DNA of 63,698 nt, the filler included, from Perkinsus chesapeaki ATCC PRA-425 (lineage: Eukaryota; Protista; Perkinsozoa): assembly GCA_013115145.1 (NCBI GenBank). It is 4 parts of 4 records of this genome, joined end to end, with 100 filler letters (N's around TTAATTAATTAA, not from the genome) between each part and the next. Parts side by side here need not be neighbours in the genome. Positions count along the whole stretch, not along the records: positions 1 to 27,867 come from JAAPAO010000485.1; 3 more parts are not named here. One strand, 5' to 3'. The position numbers and the translations under genes were made by a program. Positions 1 to 11,181 of this stretch are shown one piece after another (position 1 is the first letter of the stretch; each line of letters opens with the position of its first letter). The notes beneath the pieces were generated by a model. The model was not told the origin of the DNA, ran no database searches, and saw only the letters and a program-made list of their open reading frames with translations.

Positions 1-69
1 GTCTATATCTTGGTTGTTCTTGGGTTTAGCAGTACATCTTTGGGTCGGGTCTTATTCGTAGTCCTGACA

Positions 70-2480
70 TTTTTTCCTATCATTTTTGCCTTAACTAATA
101 TCGACCAACTGCGACGTTCCTATTACAAATGAGCTTTCGTTGAAGCTTCAAGAACCTGTCTTTGGTGACCTGTCAGATGGTACCCGAGCCTAGACCGTAT
201 TCTTAGTAACGTATAACTCTTATCGTAATTACTTTTATGTTACTTATTGAGTAGTTCTTATTTAATATTAATTATATTCATTACTACTTTCATATTACAA
301 CTATTATATTATAATATTTTTTACTCTTCTTGCTTATTTCTCGCTGTTCCCCATTCCGCGAACTTCCCTCGTTTTGCAACTTCCCAGTAGTGTACATTTT
401 CAGCCCTCTTATATGGTTTTCCTTCTTAAAAGTGGCGAGGAGCTGGTGTCCAGTTTTTGGTCAGCTCTTCCTGCCACACTGAGTATAGCAGCAAGCCGAC
501 TCAGCGATAATATAGCAACGCTTAATGAGGCATTAACATCTCAGCAGTGGGAGAAGGATGTTACCGGGTAATATGGTTAAATTATTTGCCATGTTTTCAA
601 CTATAATGCAACTAGTGGTTTTAATAATGGACAGAAATGTAACTAGTGGTTTTAATAATGAACAGAAATGTAACTAGTGGTTNNNNNNNNNNNNNNNNNN
701 NNNNNNNNNNNNNNNNNNNNNNNNNNNNNNNNNNNNNNNNNNNNNNNNNNNNNNNNNNNNNNNNNNNNNNNNNNNNNNNNNGAACAGAAATGTAACTAGT
801 GGTCTTAATAATGAACAGAAATGTAACTAGTGGTTTTAATAATGAACAGAAATGTAACTAGTGGTTTTAATAATGGACAGAAATGTAACTAGTGGTTTTA
901 ATAATGAACAGAAATGTAACTAGTGGTTTTAATAATGAACAGAAATGTAACTAGTGGTCTTAATAATGAACAGAAATGTAACTAGTGGTTTTAATAATGA
1001 ACAGAAATGTGGCAGCATGTGCACAGACTGTATAATAGTTATTATATAAATCTAGCAAAACTATAACGATTTGAATTGGGTTAAAGACATATAGTAGTAG
1101 ATGCAATATATTGTAATGTGAATATTATTATGTACTACGAAAAATCATACAGGTTGAACTTTTCAAGGTTTTCTTGGATAAGTCGCGGATGTTCCCGCAA
1201 ATATCCACATTTCCCTTCTTTGGGATGATAAATCCTTGCAGTCGCTTCATTACTTCCTAGCAGTCTCGGTGATCTAATTTTCCCCTTCGAAAAAGGAATT
1301 TTTCCACGGCGGAACTGCTCAAGTGACAAAGGATTTTCGCATGTGGATAAGATGCCTTCTCCCTCAGAGCATGGCGGTCACTTCCGCGTAAACTGCAATT
1401 GGTGCAATGCCTGTTCCTTTTAATGGGAGTGCTGTTGGCGCTGTCAGCCTGGTGCTCGGTACGCAGTAATAAACAGGAAAAAAGAAGTAAAAGAAAAACG
1501 GCAAAGAAATGCAAGGGACATCTGGACGAATTTGGGCGACGAAATTTGGACTCAATAGGAAAGTGCAAAGATAATGTAATATTCAGGGTAGGTGCCGCCG
1601 AATTACGTTATAAGGCACTAAGCTCATATTATGTATTAATTGGAAATATCGGTTCGGAGTAGAGAGCCCCGGGAGGTATCTGGGCAGTGTCCCTCGGTGG
1701 CATGGGAATTCCTGATATGGTTTGCAATGCCGAAACTTTGCGGGAATTTTCTCGGATCAAACGCGTGTGCACCAAGCCCGATGCAACCTGATAGAGTTCC
1801 TGGGCTGGTGGATGAATCTACCAGTTTGCCCGTCTGCTATTAGGGAACAATAAAACGTTCTAGTTTGGAAATACGACAGACAGAAGGGAAATCCGCTTCT
1901 GAGGAATTCGAGTGTGAATTCGCGCTTGGTGATGGATGTGATTTGATTCAGTGAGATTCTCAAGCGTTCCTGGGCCTGAGCATCTGTGACTAAACTGACT
2001 TTCTGGCTTACTCGATAACTAAGCGCGGCTATGGAGTTTGAGGCTGTAGGAAAATATGACAGAAGCCCAGATAGTGAAAACTGTTTCTAATAAATTTGAG
2101 AGCAGTGGGAATGTGCCCTCGGCAGTCTGCCATGAAATTATTATTATGGTTCTTTTTGGGGAGGATAATTGACTAGAGGTCAAAGTTTGGACGCTCAGGT
2201 CACCACAGGGACCATAACACCCACCACAGTAGCTTCGCCATTGCGACACTCAAAAGATTCTTCAAGAGGTCGAATGACGCCTCCCCCAAAAAACTGTGAT
2301 GAGTGGGGAGTCTTCATTTACCACAACCGAGATGGCTCACATCGTTCGCGATGCGTTATGATGTGCGATGATGACGATGAGGCTGCTGAGGAATTCATTT
2401 TGCGATCTAAATTAAGGTATCATAGACATCAACGACGGACAAGTGGGATGAAGAGGAATGCTTCCATGGTAGTTAATAAT
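70..2480 (+). CDS. Multi-exon hypothetical gene, probably 5'-truncated; exon structure unresolved
   Basis: Coding-like blocks bounded by GT/AG, e.g. CDVPITNELSLKLQEPVFGDLSD (~105-178), SGEELVSSFWSALPATL...WEKDVT (~430-567), hydrophobic LVQCLFLLMGVLLALSAWCS (~1400-1455) and the ORF at 2169-2582. No family recognised. Confidence 0.3.
610..1010 (+). repeat. 31-bp tandem minisatellite (AATAATGAACAGAAATGTAACTAGTGGTTTT), about 10 visible copies, spanning an N gap
   Basis: The period is seen directly (GAACAGAAA at 782 and 813). Variants are GAAC/GGAC and GGTTTT/GGTCTT. No spacers. Confidence 0.97.
683..781. other. Assembly gap (N run) inside the minisatellite
   Basis: 99 N with the same repeat on both sides. 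Confidence 1.
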
Positions 2481-2568
2481 GAGCCGGGTTTTTGGGTTTC
2501 GGGTTTTTATTCGGGTTTCGGTCAAATATCCGCGCTAGTAACATCCGCGCGGGTTTCCTATCAATTTC

Positions 2569-2792
2569 CTCCGTATCACTAGTAACATATTCCCTATCAA
2601 ACTGTCTCTTATATCTCCGTATCACTAGTAACATATTCCCTATCAAACTCCTTTCTATTATATCTCCGTATCACTAGTAACATATTGCCTATCAAACTGT
2701 CTCTTATATCTCCGTATCACTAGTAACATATTTCCTATCAACCTCCTTTCTATTATATCTCCTCCTCCGTATCACTAGTAACATATTTCCTA
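2569..2792 (+). repeat. Minisatellite with 46/49/46/55-bp units (core CCGTATCACTAGTAACATATT)
   Basis: The core starts at 2571, 2617, 2666, 2712 and 2767. Confidence 0.95.
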
Positions 2793-3479
2793 AAATCCAT
2801 GTTCCCTCAGTTATCATCTCAACCACCGCAATCATCTCTAAACAAGCCAAATCAGCTGCTACCTACGAGCCCCCTCCGTCCCCGGGCCGTTTCATCATTT
2901 TAATCTTCGCTGTGCTTTCCTGTTATTAAACGTAACCTTCTTGCTCTTTAACCATCGCTATGCTACTTGAACCCCTAAAAGGAGGCGAAAAACTTCCTAT
3001 GATCCTTCATCTGTAAATGTTGTTTTAAACGTTCTGCGTTGTCACATTTTTCGTCATTCTGATGCGTGGGTTATCAGTAATTGACAGTGTGTGACTATAT
3101 GATTTAGGATTTGTACTATACACCACCACGAATGGAAAAACTATGTGTTGTGTTCGAGTTGACTTGTGAGGATGAATAATGTTGGGCATGGGTATTATTA
3201 ATTTATACCATATATCTTAAAATTGTTAATTCATTTGATTGCAACATTAATATTGTCGCGGGACAATATAATATGCGTGGGATCAGGCTCAGATTACCAG
3301 CTCGACGTCGAGTTTCCACGTCGCCACGCACGACGTGGGAACTTAGGCAAGTATAACTGGTTTCTTCTTCCCCAACACCTGCTTGGTCTGAGCTGTTCAC
3401 AGTGCCTACTTGGCGATGCCAAGTTGGCGTCTCAGTTCCCCTCACCAAAGGCATAAAAAATAGAAGTTACTTTTTTTAG

Positions 3480-3881
3480 AAGTTACTACGGTTGAAATAT
3501 TATTTCGACAGTAGTAACTTCAACCCCTATCCCGGGAAGAGGGGTTGAACAGGTGTATGCACCAGCACGACCACCAGAGAACCTATGTATCCTGTTCAAA
3601 TTGACTGATGCCAGGGGATAATGTATAATACATTATCCCCTATAATTGGTATATCATAATAACATTATTAACGGTTAATACTTAACCCGTTAATTGATAC
3701 GTTAGTGAGAATGCACCATTAATATTGTTAATGTCCTATATTCAATGTATTGAGTTCCTTATGTTTATACGTTGCCAGCCGCAATCTGATTTCGATTCGA
3801 AATTTTCGGAAAGAATTTCGAAAATCGGAAAGAGGTTCGAAATTTTCGAACCTCTTTCCATAATCGGATTATGATAATCCG
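3480..3881. repeat. Cluster of inverted repeats and palindromes in AT-rich intergenic DNA
   Basis: Hairpins at 3480-3520 (20-bp arms, 2 mismatches), 3519-3549 (10-11-10), 3613-3641 (14-1-14), 3827-3859 (16-1-16), 3859-3873 (7-1-7) and 3865-3881 (8-1-8). Confidence 0.95.
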
Positions 3882-4390
3882 TATTCACCTCGGGTTCCAC
3901 TACTTGTGAATTTCGCCAAATCGCCACTTTCGTGTGAAACTGTACGAGTTATTGAGTTCTCTGCTTCAACAGATGATTATTATGAAAAACTACGCTCACG
4001 AATTTTTAAGGAGCTCGGGACTGTTTTTGGGGCGTTTGGAGTCAGTGTAGCATGCCGAGAGAGATAGAACTATTAACGGTTCAACAAAATAACTACTTAG
4101 AGTCGTCGTACGAGAGGAAAAAAATTAGTTCCAAATTCTGAATTCAGTTGTCAATACTCCTCCTACTTGCCGTGCCGCCTGTCCTCTTCGATCAGTATAG
4201 GGGACGGCTGTAGCGGGTGCCGCCATAACCGCATTCCTCTGGAGTGTTATTGTGCTCGAGTCGGATGCGAGAAAAAAAAAGACTCTCGAGACGGCATTAT
4301 ATTTGAAGAGCAACTCTTGGAAAGCTTTTCCATTTGGGAAAACGCAACTCTTGAGAAGTTATTACCTTTCATCTCCTCCAAAAACTGAAA

Positions 4391-5282
4391 ATGCCTCCGA
4401 CTAGAAAATGGCAAACGATGTTGCTAGTAGGCAGCTCGGTTCCCCTGCTAATAGCGCTATTTCGATGGAGGTACCCCACCCGAGATAAAGATGAAGGTAA
4501 GATACAGCTTAGTGTTGGAGAATGTACTCAATTACTTGTATCGGAAAACCGAAGAATCACTGAAATTTCGTTAAATTTTTCCCAAATTCCACTGGTGCTT
4601 TCTTGACGGGCACATTCTATATATCTCCGAGACCTCTTGTGTTCCAAGTGGTTCAATTGTGATATGTGTCTGGGGTGCTTTATATTATATGAATTATATA
4701 TTTCGAATCATAGTAGGTGTCAAACTTGCTATTATATCTCCGCCCATTTTGAGCATCGACAACTTCATTCTTATGATCAAGTTGATCATATTGATCAGAT
4801 CTCCAACAGTCTTGACTTGATCAGATCTCCAACAGTCTTGACTTGATCAGATCAAGCAACAGTCGGGCACTATAAAGCCTTTAATACCTTCCAAACACTC
4901 ACAGTAGCGCAGTTGCTACGTGAGGGTTTTGCTGCTTTACAAGGGGCTCTACTTTAGAGTGCCGTAGAAGAACGCCAGATGTTAGGTCCAGAAGGAATGT
5001 ATTTACTGCTCCGTTTTGGCATTCCGAGAACATATCCTCGAGCGAAATCTCCTTCGTATCCGCCACGTTAAGAACGCTTGAGGAATCTTTGAGGAATCTA
5101 TTTCTGTGAATCTGGATCTGTCGTTTCCCTGCTACATTACCCTCTGATGCTCATCTGAAGCTGGACGGTAGTGTTTACTTTCAGATTTCCACCACCGATT
5201 GGAGGAAGAGTTACAGAGGACTTCGCTTACCGAGTGGAGAGCTCAAGGAATCAATCCTGATAATTTTTCTCAACCCAAATGA
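4391..5282 (+). CDS. Small multi-exon hypothetical protein with an N-terminal hydrophobic segment
   Basis: Exon 1 MPPTRKWQTMLLVGSSVPLLIALFRWRYPTRDKDE ends at a GTAAG donor. The last exon reads LEEELQRTSLTEWRAQGINPDNFSQPK-TGA(5280-5282). Middle exons are uncertain. Confidence 0.4.
4772..4865 (+). repeat. 9-1-9 palindrome followed by a 26-bp tandem repeat (about 2.5 copies)
   Basis: TATGATCAA-G-TTGATCATA at 4772-4790; TTGATCAGATCTCCAACAGTCTTGAC at 4791 and 4817, partial copy at 4843. Confidence 0.9.
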
Positions 5283-5917
5283 CATGTTTCTGGAACGACA
5301 ATGGTTGTGCTTCTCGCTGAGGAAACGTGTCATTTTGTGGGAATTGAGTTGCGTCTTAAATAGTTTTTCCAACTTCTTTTCGGAAATTTCTATTTCTGAA
5401 ATTTCAAATGTGAGATGCATTTGACATCTCACTCAAAAATATGACATCGTTTCTCGGTGACTCTTGTGTGGCGTGGCTCTTTTTGAGGTGGCAGTGGTGG
5501 CTAATGCTTACGTTCGCGAAGACAGAAATTCCGGAAGTTTTTTTTCGTCCTCAACACTAGGCTAAGTCGACGAGATACCCCCTCAAAGTTTGACGGAGGG
5601 AGGATGAACATTGTTCAGAAAGTTGGTCTTTATTTCCACGTTAGTTTGGTTTTTTCCATACGATGTCTGTTTGGGAGCTCTCGCAGTTTCTACAGCGAAC
5701 TCCAACGAATGGTAAGTCGTTCCGTCCATTACGAGGAATCAATGTTTGCCGATTTGCTTCCATACGAAGTTCAAAATTCGACGGTGGCATCTCCTCGATA
5801 TAGAAGCTAGGGATGAGTGGAGTTGGTCTTTACAACTTTAATTCGCTTTCGGTTTAGGTCTCTAAGAACACAATGTCTGGATCAGATCCTGTGGATCTTT
5901 GGTGTCCTTCTTTCCAG

Positions 5918-7330
5918 GCCATCTCCTTTCCGCTGCTGCTCGCCCCTTGGCCGTGATAGTCCTCAATTCCCCTCTGCCCCGCGCTGGTGTCATGAAGCGA
6001 CTCTGGCGAGACTCAGGTGAGATTCCAACCGGTCAAGCTCGTGTTTGATGAATTCGCGCACTCTATTTCAACTATCACGCGTTGCTCGCATGCATCTCTT
6101 CCAGCTTCGAACGATCCTCAAATATGCCCCCTTCCTCAGGAGTTCGTATTTGCGCCGATGGCGGCTCCAACAGGCTGTTTGATCAGTTTAATACGGACCT
6201 CGTACCCGATGTCATTATCGGCGACTTCGACTCAGTAATTCTCAATTAATTTTCACGCGTAATCACGCGCCATCAGGTGCGAAAGGACGTGATAGAGTCA
6301 TTTCGAACAGCGAAGGTCGGGGAGCCTGTAAAAGTGATAAAATGTGCAGACGAGGCAAGTTGGCGAATCTTGCAATCTTGTTCGATCTTGCATTTTCTCA
6401 GTACAATACTGACCTCGATAAATGTCTGCTTTATGCCGCTTACCATTACGACCAACACAAATCTGTTCTCCCAGAAGGTATCACAGGAAGCTCTCCCGTG
6501 CGAAGAGTTTTCTTCGTCCTTAGGGGACCCGCTCGTCGCAGTGGCTGGATCTGTGAATTTTGCGGGTCGACTTGATCACACCTGCTCGATCATTAATTCA
6601 CTCCTAACTGCTACGATGGGGTCATCAAAAATAAATGCCGGGGAGTATACTATGCGATTGCCGAACAAAGTAAAGCGAACGAGACGTTCCGGAAAAATGT
6701 CTGTTTTTCAGTTGCGACCGATTTTAGTTGATCCCAACTGTCTTGCTTTGGTAAGTGAAACGGTTGATCGATTTCGGTTGTGAAATTTTCAATTATCACC
6801 GACGATGCTAACTCTATTAAGATGCACTTCTCATTAAGTACTCAAAATGGAAGTTCGACGAAATATGTTTTACGCCTGGAAAAGTCGGGAAATTTTATGA
6901 CCAATTTCACTATTCGGTATAGTAAATTTTGATACGTTCCACTTCTTGCCTCCTGCCCGCAGCATATTCTCACGCAATGGGAAGCTCGTCGCTTCATATG
7001 GGCTTCAACTGGTCGTGCCAGTGTATTTTATAGTTCTTTCGAAGAACCATGAACACGAAGAACTTCTTCGTGATGAACGAAAATTTAACTGGGCTGAATC
7101 ACTAATACGTAACAAACTTTTTGTAAAAGTTTGGCGACTTTTAAAAATACAGCCCCAAAGTCTTTCTTGCCAGGGGATGCATGCCCCTAGAACACGACAC
7201 TCAAATCGATGTCGCAGCGGGTTCAGGTCCTTCCCGCTGGAGAGCATTCCCTCAATCTCGGCAGAGCCACATCGCCGAGTTCTGATCGTCGCTACTATGC
7301 TGGTATCTTACCGGTTGACGGCTCAGTAGA
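5918..7330 (+). CDS. TPK1: Thiamine pyrophosphokinase, multi-exon; start and end approximate
   Basis: Spliced reading gives the TPK motifs in the expected order: AVIVLNSPL, RICADGGSNRLFD (~6145-6185), VIIGDFDS (~6211-6234), QYNTDLDKCL (~6400-6430), AGRLDHTCSIINSL (~6560-6603). Confidence 0.85.
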
Positions 7331-7499
7331 GTCTTGCTCCACGGAAGGGTTCAGGTAGTAGGCATCTGCTGCTGTTGGAGAACAGGGTTAACTACATGAA
7401 CATTGGAGCACTAGTATGAATATCGGTGATCTCTTTAGAGAGTAAGATATAGTAGAAATATCTTATATGGAACGGTTGATCGATATCTCATCGAGTTGA

Positions 7500-9900
7500 C
7501 TCAGTGGAAATACATATAACTTCCAATTTTGGCATCGCAAGCCGCTCTACGATGAGAGATAATTAAAATTCGATAATTTGCCCAACAAATTTGCACACAC
7601 AGTAGTCCGCCCCATATTATAATTGATAAACACTCCAGCTTGTATTTAGGCTGAAGCGTGAATTTAGGCTCGCTCATTTCCTCCCACGAAAACATTATTT
7701 TCACTTAGTCCACCGAGTAAACAGCCAAACGCCACAGCCTGTTCCAGCTTCCCCGACGCTTACAGTATGAACAGCTCCCTACATAAACCTTTAGCCTCCT
7801 GGAAATAAATCTACTAGAACATCCCACCAACATACACGCGTTTGTCGCATTGTATGATTCAGTACTACAACATATTATTGTGGTATGACCAAAAAACTAC
7901 ATGGCTGTTTACGAAATAATTCACTCTGCTGGTAGCTTTACCTACGATGTGGAATAGTCCCGCGCGCCACGAAATTGTCAGTGTGAGGTTCATCCCTGAA
8001 GGTTGCGACCTTCTAAAGATACGCGTCTTCTCTCAGATGGGATTGTCAAGATTATCGTCTCGAATTTGGTGGGATCATCTCGGCATGCAATCAGATAAAT
8101 GAGATGACGGAGGTGAGCTGAAGATTCTCGATTTCGAAATACTTGCCAACTCTCCCCCAGCCGAGCACTTGGCTGGGAAAACGTGTAGCTGATACCGAAG
8201 GAGGCAAATTGTCACGAATGATAAATCTCCTCGGTAGTGTTCCTGTTTGAAGGGTTCCAGAAGTGAGTTTAGCCATCGGTCGCAACAAGGAGCGAGTTTG
8301 CTGTGGATATCTACACAGGGAAATCGCCAATTAGAATGAGGGGATGGCTGTAATTTTTTTGAAAGATATTTCAACAATCGTTGAATCTCGTCCATCCATG
8401 CGTTTCTCATGTACTCTCGTTTATCATATGCGCAAAGGAGCGAATTTGCTGGAAATATTTTCTGCGGTGGCTGTGGAATTTTTTACCGAAAAATATCCCA
8501 ATACACTTGTGACATCTTAGGTCTGTTTTTGTGCATTTTTTTTTGATACCGCTCTTCAGGTTCTCAAAATAATAAACTCGGATCCAGTCCTCTTCACCAT
8601 GACAGTTGAGAGCGAGCAAGTAACAGAGACGGTGTCATCTCGGACGGGCTTGATAAGCAGCTCCGGTCAGCTGGAGGGGTTTAAGAAGTTTTACTCCACA
8701 TTTACAGGGCGAGACAAAGTGTGTCTGCCGAGAAATTCAACTGAGTGATTCTCCCAGGGAAACGTGTGGGTTGTGTTGTTAATAAAGATGACAAATAATG
8801 CCACGCTCGTTCTTCGGCCGTTGCTGAGTCGCTCATAACAAGCGACAGTGTTGGTGACGCTTCGTCCCAGCACAAACTTTACTATTGCATTGATAATTCA
8901 TCTCCGGATGGAGATTTCCCGGTAGTTGAATTTCGAGTGAATGTTGTCCCTTGAAACGGCTGGTGTCCTCCTCGTGGCATGTATCACAATGAGTTTCGGA
9001 AGGTTACTGTCAGACTATTGTGGGGCAGAACTGCTAGAAGATTCCTCCGAGGTTGATTCCCTGCCTCTTGGTCCAAGCGTGAAGCTGAATATGAACAGTT
9101 CGGCTCGCAATGCACTTGACAGTTTTCAATATTGAAGCTCCCTTTACTGGGTATAAGAATGAAAAGGAGCCTTTAGACACGCGAGCATTGGGCGGTGAAT
9201 TGGCCTATGCCCATTCATGAAACCGAAGGCGTAGGGATCTGAGTAGTCTATTCCTTAAAGGGACTTCTTCCAGGCCATCACACGGTGGCATGGGCAAACG
9301 AATGTCGTGAAAGGTATTCGCGGCAATGAGGGACATCCGGGCAATATGCACGGTCAGAATTAACAAAGAGGAAAACGGCTCGCATCTGTGGTGTACATTT
9401 ATGAAAACCAAGTACATTGCTTGGTGGGCCACCAATGGTCGAGCTGGGCACGAGAATACAACTAGATTGAGGCCCGTTGGGTTTTCTGGCGCGCAGACAG
9501 CATTTTAAGATACCTCCTGCGTCAAGGCGAATCCTTGGGACAGATTTCGGGTTCAAGATCCATAAGATTCTCTCGAACTCGCAGACTGAAACTGGCTTCA
9601 GTGGATGATGTAGCATTGCTAGCATACGTGTTGTGATAACAAACAGGCGCTGACGTGGCCTGGTGGGGTAAGTGAGCGAAAGCGCAGCTCAGTTGGCGGT
9701 CGACGAGAGCCTCCAGAGTCAGACAGGCTTAACCAGGCCGTGGAAGTATTCATTGATCTACGGGTGAATTACCTCGACCCCTCACTGAGGAGATGGGCCC
9801 TCGGAGGTCCTATCGTTGCCCATTGCAGCTAGCTTGGTGAGGTGCCATGCCAGCACTTGTAATCTGTTGTTGTTCTAATTATATTCGTTATCTCTTGCTT
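7500..9900 (-). CDS. Multi-exon hypothetical gene, boundaries approximate
   Basis: A series of minus-strand coding-like blocks flanked by GT/AG (e.g. ALNCHGEEDWIR, NSLLCAYDKREYMRNAWMDEIQRLLKYL). No family recognised. Confidence 0.35.
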
Positions 9901-10019
9901 AACACATAGGATTCTCTCAACACATAGCAGCAGCAAACATGCGTCTTGAGCATTCATCAAACGAGCGTCGATGGTCCATCGACTTTGCTGGTTAAAATCG
10001 ATAAGGCGATACCATCTGT

Positions 10020-11103
10020 TTAGAAAACGATACCAAGATCTTTCATGTACTCCTCGTTCCCTTTTGGGTGGAGGAAATCCTTTCCGTAGCTTCGTTGTAG
10101 GAGATCCTCGACATCGCCGAAAGTGTTGAAATTTCTTGCGTTAATAGAAATGGGTCTCAACGGCCATATCTGATCTTCGCTCATTCGATAACCATCATAA
10201 GGGACGTGCCTGTATAATTTCCCTTCTCGGTGGTACGGCTTGTTGCCGGTGTAGGGCACCATTGGGTAGATGTCGACGTAGCCGCATGACCGTCCCGACC
10301 CGCACGGCTTCGGATTATTAATGTCGTACAAGTTCGATGCTAGTGGATGGAAAGGGGCAATGCAAACCCGGATGAGCTCGTCTCGGAAAGTGTAAAACCC
10401 CCGGGACCGCAACAAGGACGCAAAGCGTTCGTCCAGGCAATCATCCACGTCGCTCTCTCGAATGTATCTGAACATCACAATCAACCCTCCACAACCGAAA
10501 CACTACTCACGCCAGGTCGATATCATCAGTATGAGGAATATGCGTTCCGTTTCGCCAGGCGCCGAGGGCTGTGCCGAAAGTGAGCAAGGGCTCACAACCG
10601 AGTTCCAGCATTATCCCATTCACTTCGATGAGCAACATATCCAGTATCGCTGCCATACATGGCCGTCCAACAAATGCCGGGTCGGTTTTGAGCAATTCGG
10701 TTCTCGAAGCCAAAGTGCATCTTTTGGGGTCCATGACGGGATTGATCGGCAGACAGTCGGTCCACTGCGGCTCGGATTCTTTCGGGAGTGAGCAAATCTC
10801 GCTGTCAACCTCCCGAACCTTCAACGCTCGTGGACGGTTATTGGCGATTTCGTAATGAAAAAAGTCCCTCGATGAATAATAAAATTCCCAATCTACTACT
10901 TCGTCGAACTCGCATTCGTGAAGTTGATAAGATCCTCGGACTTGACCGTCGACGACGTGTGGCTCTGGTCGCCAATAGAAATATACGTAGGCAGGTGTGA
11001 GTAGCGTGAAGAACAGCCAAAGAATTGAGATGCAGGCCATCATCGCGTACGGTCCGTTTATGCTCTTCCAGCGCGAAGCGAGCGGGACAGATTTTGTGTC
11101 CAT
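10020..11103 (-). CDS. LicD/fukutin-family phosphotransferase, type II membrane protein, 2 exons, about 346 aa
   Basis: Signature LTFGTALGAWRNGTHIPHTDDIDLA, later YVDIYP and LQRSYGKDFLHP, and an N-terminal TM helix. A 43-nt GT-AG intron (10510-10468) joins ORFs 10507-11175 and 10020-10484 in frame. ATG at 11103. Confidence 0.88.
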
Positions 11104-11181
11104 TTTGTGCAACTGTCTCCTAAGGGGAGTTGTGACAAACCAAAGGCATGTCGGGACAGAAATATTCATTAACACGATTGC

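Noticed and set aside
210-340. Very AT-rich tract as a mitochondrial insertion (NUMT)
   Set aside because: No cox/cob or rRNA-fragment similarity visible; it lies between GT and AG sites like an ordinary AT-rich intron.
610-2792. 31-bp and 46-55-bp repeats as CRISPR arrays
   Set aside because: No unique spacers (units abut or linkers recur), no cas genes, and the context is eukaryotic and intron-rich.
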